Positions 40,611 through 51,500 of a DNA stretch of 64,000 nucleotides are shown piece after piece (positions within the stretch are counted from its first letter, which is position 1; each line of letters begins with the position of its first letter). The DNA lies in assembly GCA_009859145.1 (NCBI GenBank), contig VRVR01000062.1:89051-153050 (forward strand). Reading direction: 5' to 3'. The position numbers were made by a program, and so were the translations under genes. The DNA is from Andalucia godoyi And28 (taxonomy: Eukaryota > Protista > Jakobida). The notes beneath the pieces were generated by a model, which was given only the letters and a program-made list of their open reading frames with translations, did no database searches and was not told the DNA's origin.

Positions 40611-41450
40611 TCAGAGACGGATGCCGCCGGTGCCAGAGAATGCTTTTTTGAGGGCTTTTGGATCTGCCCAGGGAGCATTTGACGTAGCTGCCGCGTCCTC
40701 TGCTTCTTCTGCCATCTTCTTTGCCTCTTCTTGCTTCTTATAGTAGTACGCCATCATCTCCTTTTGGGCTTGTGGATCGATCTGCGGTTCTCGCGCAGGT
40801 GGTCCTGATCCCTTCTTTGCAATCTTGACGAGCACTTTGGTCTTTTCATTTTTCCCAACAAAATCAGCGAGAGTTTTTTCGCGCAGAAGCTGCTTTCCAG
40901 CCCACCATAGCATTGCCGAGGATGGCTCGAGTACGTCTTTGGCAACCTGGCCGTCAAGATGCTCCTTGTCTGCAATCGCCTCCATCACCGGGTCGTGTTC
41001 TGGCAGACCAGCAGGGAAGCAGATGGCGACGGCTCCTCGGACCAAGTCAAAGGAGTCCTTCACAATCTTTTCTGTAAGGCAGATCTTGTACGTGATGTTC
41101 TCCTTGCCCACGTTCTTTAGAGCGTCGCGACACGCATTCCGCAGCACATTGGCCTGGTGCTCGCCAAGCGGAGCCTCGATCCGGTGCCCCAAAGGATCTT
41201 TCCCGCCTTGCTCAGCGTCCTTCACTTCCTCAAGCGACAGCTCCTTCATGTGCAAACTGTCCAGCTCTTCCACCGACTTGATTGGCCCGTGTGCAATAAG
41301 ATCTTCGCAGTGATCCTTCAATCGCTCCAACCGACCAATGTCGTTCACAAGTGCAGCGATCGTAGTCGACAACGAGTCCATCGAAACGCCACTCGCCGTC
41401 TCATACAAGAACAAATCTCGCTCGTTCCGCTTCACATGCAGAAGTACCAT
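40611..41450 (-). CDS. CFAP298: Cilia- and flagella-associated protein 298 (C21orf59/FBB18 family), 279 aa
   Basis: MVLLHVKR...FLYET, GP.K, DPLGHRI, VRGAVAICFPAGLP.HDP, LWWAGKQL...KTLADFVGKNEKTKVLVKI.KKGSGPPAREP, MMAYYYKKQEE.KK. Confidence 0.93.
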   Translation of the reverse strand: MVLLHVKRNERDLFLYETASGVSMDSLSTTIAALVNDIGRLERLKDHCEDLIAHGPIKSVEELDSLHMKELSLEEVKDAEQGGKDPLGHRIEAPLGEHQANVLRNACRDALKNVGKENITYKICLTEKIVKDSFDLVRGAVAICFPAGLPEHDPVMEAIADKEHLDGQVAKDVLEPSSAMLWWAGKQLLREKTLADFVGKNEKTKVLVKIAKKGSGPPAREPQIDPQAQKEMMAYYYKKQEEAKKMAEEAEDAAATSNAPWADPKALKKAFSGTGGIRL

Positions 41451-42031
41451 TTTTCTTTTTCTTTCAAAGGTCCATAAATTTAAATTAATAAATTAATAAA
41501 ATAAATTAAAATGTATTCATGCGTTCGAATAATAGAAGTCTTCGTTGCGTAAGAACTGATGGGGATAAAAAACCAAAAACCCAATCGACCGGTTTCACCA
41601 GGTTTTTCACTTGGAGTTGATGCTGGATGCTGGATGCTAGGACTCTCGCAAACCGTTTGAGCATTGGACAAGGCCCTCGTTTTCCGTTTTCTCTCTGTTG
41701 CATTTTTCACCAACTCGGAACGTTTCAAAATCTTTTCTGCTAGTCTCTGTTTCTGTCTTTTGTAGCAGTGGTTGTTGCTGAAGAACGCATTTTTATTCTG
41801 TTGGTATTCGGAAAGCAGAGAGGGAAAAAAAGAGGACAGCACCAAAACTTTATCGTTTTAAATTACCGTTTTTTGCTTTTGTTTTTTGTTTTTGTTTTTT
41901 GTTTTGGGTGCAACAGTGTGTGTACCCTGTCCTGTCGCTTCTTTCTTTGCACCTCGCGTTATCTTGGTTTCTTTTTTCATTTTTTTACTTTCCCTTTTCC
42001 GCTGACATTTTCCGCTTGTATTTCGCAGGGA

Positions 42032-45000
42032 ATGTCTCTTAGTCCACAGCAGCAGCTGACGATTATCCGTTCGCTGGGATTTGACCCTGACCGCCGCTTT
42101 TCGATTGTGCCGCTTGACGAGTCGACATTTATCCTTCCGGCTGGACATGGGCTGTTTCTGGTGAGTCTTCTTGGTGCGAGTGCTGGCGCGTCCGCGAGTG
42201 CGACGTATGTTGCGCTTCCGCAGATCCCGCGCGCATCGGGTGTGGTCTGTGCTGCATTGAGTCCGGATAACATGGTGATTGCACTCGGTCTGCGCGGGCA
42301 GTCGCCGCCTATTCTTCTGATTGACAAGAGGGATTTGGTCTCTACGCAAACAGTCACTGTCAGGGCGTCGTTGCCAGAGGGCACGGAGCGGAGCTATGCA
42401 TCGCTGGCATTCAGTCCAGATGGCACGCTGCTTGCTTCGGTAGGAAGTGCGCCGGACTACTTGATCACAGTGTGGAACGTGGCGACTGCGTCCACGTTGC
42501 TGAGGGCAAAGGCTTTTGGACAAGAAGTATTTCGTGTTGCATTTGCTCCCGCCGAGCTGCCAGGAGTGCTGACCACATCAGGATCTGGACACATTCGATT
42601 CTGGAAGATGGCACGGACATTCACTGGACTCAAGCTGCAGGGCGCCGTTGGAAAGTTTGGAAAGATTGAGATTTCCGATGTCGCTGGTTTCGTGCAACTC
42701 CCGGACTCCAAGGTTGTTTCCGGTTCTGAGAGCGGCTCGCTGTTGATTTGGGACGACGGACATGTCAAAGCGACGATCAGGGCTCACGATCAAGGTGCAA
42801 TGGTAGAGTTTGTGCATCTCACGCAAGTGAACGGCAGGAGAGTGATATTGTCTGCTGGACACGATGGTCGCATCCGGGTGTGGAACGCAGATGTGATTGA
42901 CATGGCCGAGGTGGATGACGAGGAAAAGCCGTTTGAGATGAACTGGATGTCGTCCGTGCGGTTCTTGAGAGAGAGTCTGTTTGACAAGCACCAACAGGTG
43001 CCCGTACTGATTCGCTCCGTATCTATTCTCGGTGTCGCTGGAGACGGGAAGCATCGCATTGCAATTGTCGATGGAAATGGCGCACTGGTGCATGCCTCAG
43101 TCGATTTTTCAGAGAATTCCGAGGAGCAGATCGTCGTTGTCGATACCATACAGTCATCACATGGGCAAGGTGCTGCATGTTTTGGAGTCTTTGACGGAGA
43201 CGTGTTTCTTTCTGGAGGACGAGACAATGTCGTGTCTGTGTACTTGCCGAAGGTGTCCCGAGGAAGCGCAGAAGGATCATTGCGATCGCTGCGGTTTTTG
43301 GGCAGCGGCGGCTTAACTTGCATTGCGCGATCTGTCTTCAGATCTGTGCCCTGCGTTCTCGCCGGATTTGGGGATGGGCATGTGCGCATTTTCTCTGTCG
43401 CAAATTCTGTAGTGACCCTGCTTGCTGTGTCCAGGCCTCTCAGTTCACCTGTGAACTTCATACTCCCAATTCCAGAACGAGATGTTGTGATTGTTGCGGG
43501 CGATAAGCGCATATTTGTTCTTCGAACCAGTCCACGACCCCAAGAAGGCTCGTTTCAACTGCCTTCGGAAGCTGGGAAGCCGAAGACATCGGGCCAGCCT
43601 TCCAGCTTTGGGCTATTTCCACTGGGATTCTTCGACTGGGATACCTCCGTCGTATCCCTGGGAGCTGGTCGAACGCCTTCCGACATTCTCATCGGCACGA
43701 AGTCCACCATTGTCGAAATTAGGCTCCCATCAGAATCGGCAGTTCCTTCCGAGGACCTCCGTGAGTCCTATCGCCTGGCTCTTGGAGCTTCAGTTCCTTA
43801 TCGATTTCGAACCAGCCTTCCTCCGAAACAGAGTGAAAAGCTGCCTTCCAATGATGCCGCTTCCGAAGCACCCAAGTCTGGCGATGCCTCGGCGGAGGAT
43901 GTCATTCCCGAGGCAGATGTCATGGTGACAGAGGACATCATTCAGCTGCACCGGCTGTCATCAGGAAAGATTTTTGTTGCGCTAGCGTCAACGGGTATTG
44001 TTGAATACTCGGGATCCCATTTCCACTCAAATGTTACGGAGGTCCCCTTTGAGTATTTTGCAAAGCTCATTTTCAGCATGCCCAACATCACGCGATTTAC
44101 CGTTGATGAGGAGCGGTCGGTGGTGGTTGTGCATACTTTGTTGTCGACTTTCATCTTTTCTTATGCAACCGGTTCTCTGGTTGCATCATTTTCCGTCCAC
44201 GACTCGCCGACTGTTGGATGCTCGATATCTCCGTCTGGCTTGTACGTGTATTCCGTTGCTTCATCGGGCCACCTTGCGGTGATGTCGCTGCAGTCGTCGT
44301 TTGAGCCTTCACAGCAAATACCGCCTTTTATTGACGAAGGAGGCATGAAAGCAAATATCGACAACTTGCTGAATGGAAGAGTTGTGGAGGATGTTGAATG
44401 CAAGTACGACATGGAAGAAGAAAAACTAAAGGCGGAAGCGGAAGCGCAGCGTTCTGCTGCAGAAAAGCGCAAGGATGCCATGCGAAAGAAGATTGCAGAA
44501 CTTCGCCAGTTTTTCGTATCATTGAAACTCAAAGGCGGTTCTGGAATCGCGGATGATGTCTGGGAATCTGTGGACCCTGAGCTGACAGAAACGCTCAGAC
44601 GCAAGTTTGGCAGACGGTTAGAATGTCTTGAAAAAGAACTTGCGCTGGAAATGGAGGAATCGACTCTCAAATTGAACAAGGTCAAAAGCATCATGTTGGA
44701 CTCTCTCGAGGTTGAGCGGGTCCGAGTGAAGTCGTTCAGCTACGATCTTCTCTATTACTTCTCATCCTCCAAGAGATGGTCCGTGTCTTCTTTCCGAACT
44801 CCAAAACTTCCTCCTATTGTTATCCAAGAACTTGAGAAGGTTCACAACTGGCTCTCAGAGCATGCGGCAAAGCCCCGAATGGACAGCCCGACGCATGATA
44901 GCATCGATGACGACGATGTGCAGAGTCATGGACAGAACGACGTCAAGGAGGAGGATTTGCCAATTGAAGAGCGCAAGGCGCGTCGCAGAGAGCGCTGGGC

Positions 45001-47518
45001 TGATTTGATGAAACGGAAGCCTGACGAGCATTGGGAGGATCCGCGAGACGTTGCGGCCATTGCTTGGGCGGAAACGCACATGGGCGACTATCCTCTTAAA
45101 CTCGATCCAGCGTATACCGTTCCGGAACATGCCCGCGTGAATGCTGATAAGAAGCGTCGACAAATTCTGTTGTTACTGGAGTCCATCTATTCGTTGCGAG
45201 TAGAATTCAATGAGCGGCTGTTTGCAATGCGGGATTTAAAGAAGCGAATGATTCCTTCGCTGCAGAAGGACGCTCGTCGGTTGACGGAGATTGAACATGC
45301 GTTGAAATCCCTGACGCAGCCGTCGTCCTATGCGTTAAAGAATAAGCCAGTGGGATCTCTTGCGTCGAAGAGAGAGGCGAAGGCTGGTAGCCGGTCGTCA
45401 AGGTCGTCGCTGTCGGCGATGTCTGATGAATCCGCATGTCGAGTGGAAGGGGCTACTGTTCAGAAAATCGGAGACTATTGGTACACTCCAAAGCTGGCGG
45501 ATCTGTTTCTTGAACTCGATCTTGATCAAGAAGAGGTGCCTGAAGAGAAACGCTACGAATACGATGCCAGTACCCTAGCCGAATTTGAAAAGTCCATGAA
45601 AGAGGAGAAGGAAAGAGCAGACAGAGAGAAGCGTGCAAAGGCAGCAGGAGGATTCGGTGGCTTTGGAGGCGGCGGTTCCGGCGGGGACAGCGGACATTCT
45701 GCACCGCAGGCATCTGGAGCGACGCAAGTGCCCCAGTCTGGAGCGGACTCAAAGGCAGAGAAGCAAGCTGCGTCTGCGGAGCCAGTCGACAAGCTTGAGC
45801 GAGAATATCTTGCTCGTGTTGCCGCTATTCCACCCTCTCCCGTAGAGGAGCACGAGATCCGCATGCGTGAAGAGTCCCTGCGCCACGAGCGGTTCCGGCT
45901 GATTCGCAAGATCTGCAAGGCCTGTGAGGCGTTTGACAGAGCGCTGGCGGAACTTGCAGAGGAGAAGCTTCGTTTGGAAGCGGATCTCAAGTCCACAGAC
46001 TCCAAACTGTTGCTTCTTGCGCAGGAGCTGCAGCTTCTTTCCGAGTTTGAGAAGCGGGATGTTTCTCTTATTCAGCGCCTAGACGGAAAACGGAAAGAGA
46101 AATCGGAAATTGTGTCCAGGATCGTCAGTTGCCAAGATCGTCTGGCTTCCAAGAAGGTCGAGATCGAGACGCTGCTGGATAAGGAGCGCACGCTGATGTC
46201 CGAGTTTGCTTCGCTCGTTCCGCAGGGCAGCGAGATGTACGACGGTCTGTTGAAGCTGTTCAAGAAGAAGGTCAAGCGACGTGCTCCGGCAAAGAGCGAG
46301 GACGCCGGGTCCAAGGACAGTAGGGACAGAGATGGTGATGACGACGAAGATGATGACGAAGATATGGACGCCGATGACTACGAGGACATGGACGAGGAAG
46401 AAGAAGAGGAAGAAAACAGCGAAGAGGATGCTGTTCTTGCCAAGCTAGGTCCAGTTGTGGATGCTGATGGACGTCCGGAGAATGTCGCTGTCGACGTTTG
46501 GTCAAAGTTGATTGATCTCCGCGAGCGCCGCATGGATCAAGAGGATGAACTCGTGGAGTTCCAAAAGTCTCTTGATGTGCTGAAAAAGGAGAACGACGGG
46601 TTGGTGACAAAAGAAAAGGTTGCGGATTCTTCGCTGAAGCTAATTGAAAAGGAAATCCAGGATTTCCAGAACGAAAAGCAGCGGAAACTCAACGAGTTGT
46701 TTATGGTCGTTCCTCTGCGTATTCACCAGTTTGTGAATTTGGTTCCTGTGCACTCGAGTTTGTTGCACAACAGTCTCAGTGATTCCACCCTTGCGGATTC
46801 TCAACTCTTGCAGCAGCAGCTACGTGGAGAGAACGAGGGCGGCGATGACGACGACGCAGGTGGTGACTCCTTTGATTTTGCGTTGTCGGAGGATTACCTT
46901 GCCACGTCAGTTGTGTTCTCGACTTCGCAGTGGGAAGGCCTCGACAAGCGCATTCAAGAAGTGCAGCGAGAAAAGAATGATTTGCGCCGGTTGATCAAGG
47001 ATTTGCGGAAAGATTCGCAAGGCTTGGTGAAGACACTCAAGGACCGCGAGGAAGTAGTTTTCCAACTTGACGCGAAGATGTACGAAGCTCAGGTTCTCAA
47101 GTTTGGCAGGCAGGTGGATCTTGATGCGCTGGAATCGGCTGCTGTGGACCCGAAGTCGGAGGAGCTCAAGGACGAACTGCAGGTTGTGGAACAGTCCGCG
47201 CAGGGAGAATCCGCGGAGCTCGATAAGCACATCTACGAGCTCAAGGCACTTGTTGCGAAGCTCACGGATGAGCAAACCAAGAAGCTGCAGGTGTTGGCAA
47301 CACAGCGCGAGGAGTTGTACCGAATGGAGCAGTCGCTGAACCAAGCGTCGCGCTCCTCGGTGTCGAAGGCGAAAGGTCAGACGGATAATCACAAGGAAGA
47401 ACGCGACGAGCTAAAAGAGCGAGTCGTTGACCAGGCTCGCGAGATTGATGCTCTCAAACAAGAAATTCTGATACTTCGAAGGAAAGGCGGTCATGTGTAT
47501 GCTCCCGTTGGCGTGTGA
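42032..47518 (+). CDS. CFAP44: Cilia- and flagella-associated protein 44 (WD40 plus coiled-coil), ~1828 aa
   Basis: SLGFD..RR, LASVGSAPDYLITVWN, LLRAKAFGQEVF, SGSGHIRFWKMARTFTGLKLQG..GKFGK.EISD, KPDEHWEDPRD..AI..AETHMGDYPLK, FNELF..VPLR.HQ, QVLKFG..VDL. Confidence 0.93.
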   Translation: MSLSPQQQLTIIRSLGFDPDRRFSIVPLDESTFILPAGHGLFLVSLLGASAGASASATYVALPQIPRASGVVCAALSPDNMVIALGLRGQSPPILLIDKRDLVSTQTVTVRASLPEGTERSYASLAFSPDGTLLASVGSAPDYLITVWNVATASTLLRAKAFGQEVFRVAFAPAELPGVLTTSGSGHIRFWKMARTFTGLKLQGAVGKFGKIEISDVAGFVQLPDSKVVSGSESGSLLIWDDGHVKATIRAHDQGAMVEFVHLTQVNGRRVILSAGHDGRIRVWNADVIDMAEVDDEEKPFEMNWMSSVRFLRESLFDKHQQVPVLIRSVSILGVAGDGKHRIAIVDGNGALVHASVDFSENSEEQIVVVDTIQSSHGQGAACFGVFDGDVFLSGGRDNVVSVYLPKVSRGSAEGSLRSLRFLGSGGLTCIARSVFRSVPCVLAGFGDGHVRIFSVANSVVTLLAVSRPLSSPVNFILPIPERDVVIVAGDKRIFVLRTSPRPQEGSFQLPSEAGKPKTSGQPSSFGLFPLGFFDWDTSVVSLGAGRTPSDILIGTKSTIVEIRLPSESAVPSEDLRESYRLALGASVPYRFRTSLPPKQSEKLPSNDAASEAPKSGDASAEDVIPEADVMVTEDIIQLHRLSSGKIFVALASTGIVEYSGSHFHSNVTEVPFEYFAKLIFSMPNITRFTVDEERSVVVVHTLLSTFIFSYATGSLVASFSVHDSPTVGCSISPSGLYVYSVASSGHLAVMSLQSSFEPSQQIPPFIDEGGMKANIDNLLNGRVVEDVECKYDMEEEKLKAEAEAQRSAAEKRKDAMRKKIAELRQFFVSLKLKGGSGIADDVWESVDPELTETLRRKFGRRLECLEKELALEMEESTLKLNKVKSIMLDSLEVERVRVKSFSYDLLYYFSSSKRWSVSSFRTPKLPPIVIQELEKVHNWLSEHAAKPRMDSPTHDSIDDDDVQSHGQNDVKEEDLPIEERKARRRERWADLMKRKPDEHWEDPRDVAAIAWAETHMGDYPLKLDPAYTVPEHARVNADKKRRQILLLLESIYSLRVEFNERLFAMRDLKKRMIPSLQKDARRLTEIEHALKSLTQPSSYALKNKPVGSLASKREAKAGSRSSRSSLSAMSDESACRVEGATVQKIGDYWYTPKLADLFLELDLDQEEVPEEKRYEYDASTLAEFEKSMKEEKERADREKRAKAAGGFGGFGGGGSGGDSGHSAPQASGATQVPQSGADSKAEKQAASAEPVDKLEREYLARVAAIPPSPVEEHEIRMREESLRHERFRLIRKICKACEAFDRALAELAEEKLRLEADLKSTDSKLLLLAQELQLLSEFEKRDVSLIQRLDGKRKEKSEIVSRIVSCQDRLASKKVEIETLLDKERTLMSEFASLVPQGSEMYDGLLKLFKKKVKRRAPAKSEDAGSKDSRDRDGDDDEDDDEDMDADDYEDMDEEEEEEENSEEDAVLAKLGPVVDADGRPENVAVDVWSKLIDLRERRMDQEDELVEFQKSLDVLKKENDGLVTKEKVADSSLKLIEKEIQDFQNEKQRKLNELFMVVPLRIHQFVNLVPVHSSLLHNSLSDSTLADSQLLQQQLRGENEGGDDDDAGGDSFDFALSEDYLATSVVFSTSQWEGLDKRIQEVQREKNDLRRLIKDLRKDSQGLVKTLKDREEVVFQLDAKMYEAQVLKFGRQVDLDALESAAVDPKSEELKDELQVVEQSAQGESAELDKHIYELKALVAKLTDEQTKKLQVLATQREELYRMEQSLNQASRSSVSKAKGQTDNHKEERDELKERVVDQAREIDALKQEILILRRKGGHVYAPVGV

Positions 47519-48546
47519 TGCCCCCCCTGGTCGTTCGTTCCCCCGAGAGGGAGACAGAAGCCATTTATTATTATATTTGGTTGAGAAAAGGGGAGTTTGT
47601 GAAATTCTTTTAATTAAAAAGAAAAGGACGTTCTTCCTTTGTGAGTTTGTGAGTTTTTTCCCTACACGGTTCTTCAGCTGCTCCTCTGTGTGAGAACTGC
47701 GAAGCGACGGTTGTTTGATGTTCATGCGCATAACGGTCAACCGTTGCTGGCTTTCTATTGGGAGGATAGCATGCCTCTTGATTTGGTTTTCGTTTTTTTT
47801 CTCTTTCCATTTTCTTTTGCGCTTTCTGTTTTGTAAAACAATGAACGTGATTTCTGTGTAAAAAGTATATTTAAAAAAAAAAAGGAGAGTAGATGTGTCC
47901 AACCTCCGACAGACAAGGCGATTGGGACAGTCGCACGAGTCGTTTAATGATTGGAGACGTCTCGTCGCCGAATGCTTACACGTCCGTAAATGAATAATAC
48001 GGACGGTAATGGGTTATATTGGCGCCTGAAAGAGAAAAGAAGGAAGGAAAAAGGAAAAAGGAAAAAGGAAAAAGGAAAAAGGAAAAAGGAAAACGAGAAA
48101 GAAGGAAAACGAAACATTCAAGAAATTGAGAGGATTTTGCGCGAGCCGCGGAACTGCGAAGCATCCGACGAAAAACCCTGAATGTTGTCGGGCCTCCCCG
48201 ACAGACAGGTATGGAGACAGCAGCTACGAACGTTGCGTTTGCCAAGAAATACCCGTTGCCACTTATTGCTATCTTGGCAACTCCGTCACACGACGCCCGA
48301 TTCGTTTCGCCCCATTTTGATCATGAAATCCCTATATAAACACGCCGCCGCGTTGCATTATGCATGTTGTTGGGTTGCAGCATTGATTATGGGTGATCAG
48401 CGATGATTATCCGTGGCTCGTGTACAATGTAGGCGATATGTATTTTTTAATTGTATTTTTTAAGAGTATTTTTTAAGTTAAATTTAAAAAGAGAAGTATA
48501 TGATGCAGAAACACGCGGACTTGGACAGAGATGTGGATTGGCACTG

Positions 48547-51500
48547 TCATCCGTGCTTGTCAGATTCGTCGCTGCTTCCGAACAGGTACATGTGGCTTTC
48601 TCCAACTCCCTTGACATGAACCTTCCTTTCGACAAAGGAATACTTGTCGAACACTTGCTCGTAGGCGGGTCTTGTTAGCTGGATGGACATCGGAACACCG
48701 GTTGACTCTGCTCTCGAGGCCATGTTCACCGTTGCTCCGAACAGGTCATAGATCTTCTTCTTTGTAGGGAGAACAGCTGCCAGCAGCGGGCCCGTGTGCA
48801 TTCCCACACGAATCCTGATGTTCATGCTCTTCGCAATTTCGATCATCTCTTTTGCAAATTCCATGGAGCACTCCACTTGATTGTACTGCTTACCAACAAC
48901 ACGCAGGCCACTGGGGTCTGCTTCACCTTCAACAGCGAGTCCGCAGACTGCCATGTAGGCGTCGCCAATCGTCTTGATGTTGGTGACTCTCCATTTTGAC
49001 GCAGCATCGTCGTACCGTGAGAACAGCTGCCCGAGCATGTCCACCACTTTCTTCGCTTCCATTGTTCCGGACATTTCTGTGAACCCGACAATATCAGAGA
49101 AAATGACGGTAGCTTGCGGCACGTTTTCAATAATTGCGTTATACGACATGCTCGTGGATGCGACATCCAGTTCATCCTGCTGCTTTAGAAGCTTTTGCGC
49201 GATGTGATGTGGAAAGATGCTCAGCAGCAGGCTTATGGATTTTGCTCGCTCCTTTGCAAGCAGCGCCTGCTGTTTCTTGTCTTCTGTGACATCTCGAATG
49301 AAAAGCGTTGACACAACGTCGGGTCCCATCGCAAATACAGACAGGGAGATGTGCAAATTCATAAGTGCGCTGTCTCTCTTGTTGCAAACCACGTTGAGTT
49401 CTTCCACGTTGGTCGTCGCTTCGGTGCTTCCGGAAAACTGGTTCTTGTTCGAGAGCTTCTTCTGGCACTCCTCGAGTGCTTTTCGAATCACCTCTACTTC
49501 CTTCTCCTCGAAAAGCCTCGTCAGCTGCTCTCCCAGTATTTCGGATTTCTTGAACCCAAACAGTTTTTCTGCGGCTCGATTGTACTGCACTATCCGGCCT
49601 TGTTTGTCCAGTTCTATGAAACCTTCCGACGCACAAGCCAGGATGTTCTGCATCTTCTCCTCCCGTTCTCGTACGGTTTCTTGTATTTCCTTGTCATCCA
49701 CTTGGCGATTTTCCTCTAAAAATGCTCGAATCGCAGTTACCTTCTCAATGACGTCTTCCGGCAGAAGCAGCAGCATTTTTCGATTTCTGACATTCTCTCT
49801 CTTCAGTTTCGACAGAGACGGAAACAGAATGAAGAACGAAAACACGAAAATTGCTGCAAGATCAATTACAAACAGCGCAATTGTCCAGTTGCGATACGTG
49901 GATACGCGTGAATTGTAATAGGATTCATACACTTTGTAGAATGCCAGGAACTGATACGAAATCTCGTACTGCACCCTGATCCGATAATCCACGAATGCCG
50001 CCGGAGCGGGTTCCATGCGCCAGTATGCAGGAGAGAGTTGCTCGATTTGCATAATGTCTCCCAACATCTGAAATATCACAAACGTCATCGGGGCGCATTG
50101 ACGCTCTTCGAATGCCTGTGACGCGTTCACCAGTTCTTTAGAGTAGACTCCTCCGTAGCACGGAGACGTTGAGGAAAGCTGCGACTGCGGAGTTCCTTCT
50201 ACAAGAATTTCCGAAAACTTGGGTGATCTGTACGCACACCCTGTCAATGGTATGCCTTCTGATTTCAGCGATGGCTTTGTTGTAACCTGCTTCGTTCCAA
50301 AGAGTATTTCGTTCCAGTGATACGTCACTTCTCTTGTTAGATCCATGGCTTCTGCAATGAGCTCCTCAGGAGTCGTGCCAACGGTCCTCAGGTACAACGG
50401 ATCCGCCACAAAAGCAGCCTGCACAAGCCCTGCCATTTCCCAAAAATGCTGGTGCACATCCTCAAAAATGTGCACTTCTGCCTCGATTTCTTTGAGATCG
50501 CTAATGTAAAAACGGAAAATAACCACATTCAGCTGTGCTAGAAGACCTAAGATCACAACCGAACCCAACATTACAAAAAAGAAGACTACGTGAGGACTGA
50601 CACCGGCTTTAGCACGCATCCCTATACTCGTAACTGGGCTCGCTACATGGCCTGATGCACCCTGATTCATCTTCGATTGAGCAGCGCGACTTAGCTCTGA
50701 AGCGGTTCGTTTCGGAACGAGAAGAAATAATCGAGATATGGAAGAGCGTTCCCTCTGAAGGACAATGATGGAGGGTACGAACAGCAAAACAAAAACCAAG
50801 AAAATAACAGCGCTCACCACACCGGCAACGATGTGCAGAGAGGTTTCCCGCTGTTGAACGTCATCTTGAAATTCTTTTGCGAGTTGGTTCACTACATTCT
50901 CCCAGTTGTCAATTCCTTGCGTGATGGAATTGAAGGCGAGTTCATAATACATCAGTGAGCAGGCTGTTGCGGGTTTTGCGAAGACGTCGGTGGTAGTGCC
51001 CTGAACGAACGCTGAAACGCACTCCAACGTTCCAGACTGCAGGTCTTTAATTTGTTCCATTCCTCGAAACAGATCGAAACGTTCAGTTGCGATCACGAAA
51101 GAACTTTGTGGATCCGCCGCCGATGTGTTTTGGTACGGGACACTGAAGTGCGACATCTGATCGGTAAGAACTTTTCGCAGACTCTCCGACGGGTTTGTCC
51201 GATCCGCAAACTCTGACAACCGAAACACGAAATCATCATAGGCGTCCTCTGCCTCCTTGAAGGCCGCTACCACCTGTGTAGTCGACAAGTTCTGCAGGAC
51301 TTGGTAATGAAGAGTATCGAAAACGAAAGTCGCATGCGACAACGGTGTCTTGAGCAGAACGGACTGAAGCAGGTTGAAAGTAAGAGATGTCTCCAGTCCC
51401 TTTCCCGGTTGGGGGGCACGGAACGGAGGCGTAACGGTTGCCATGAAGATTCCGAACAGAACGCAGCTCACAATGAACAGAATAGCAATGATGAAAACCA

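Noticed and set aside
41768-42031. Hydrophobic N-terminal extensions in track ORFs (CFAP44, and likewise 12899, 16014, 35899, 54186, 54820)
   Set aside because: They are translations of T/C-rich leader sequence, often from non-ATG starts. Homology or typical composition begins at downstream ATGs. A 5'-UTR intron ending TTTCGCAG at ~42028 is possible but unproven.
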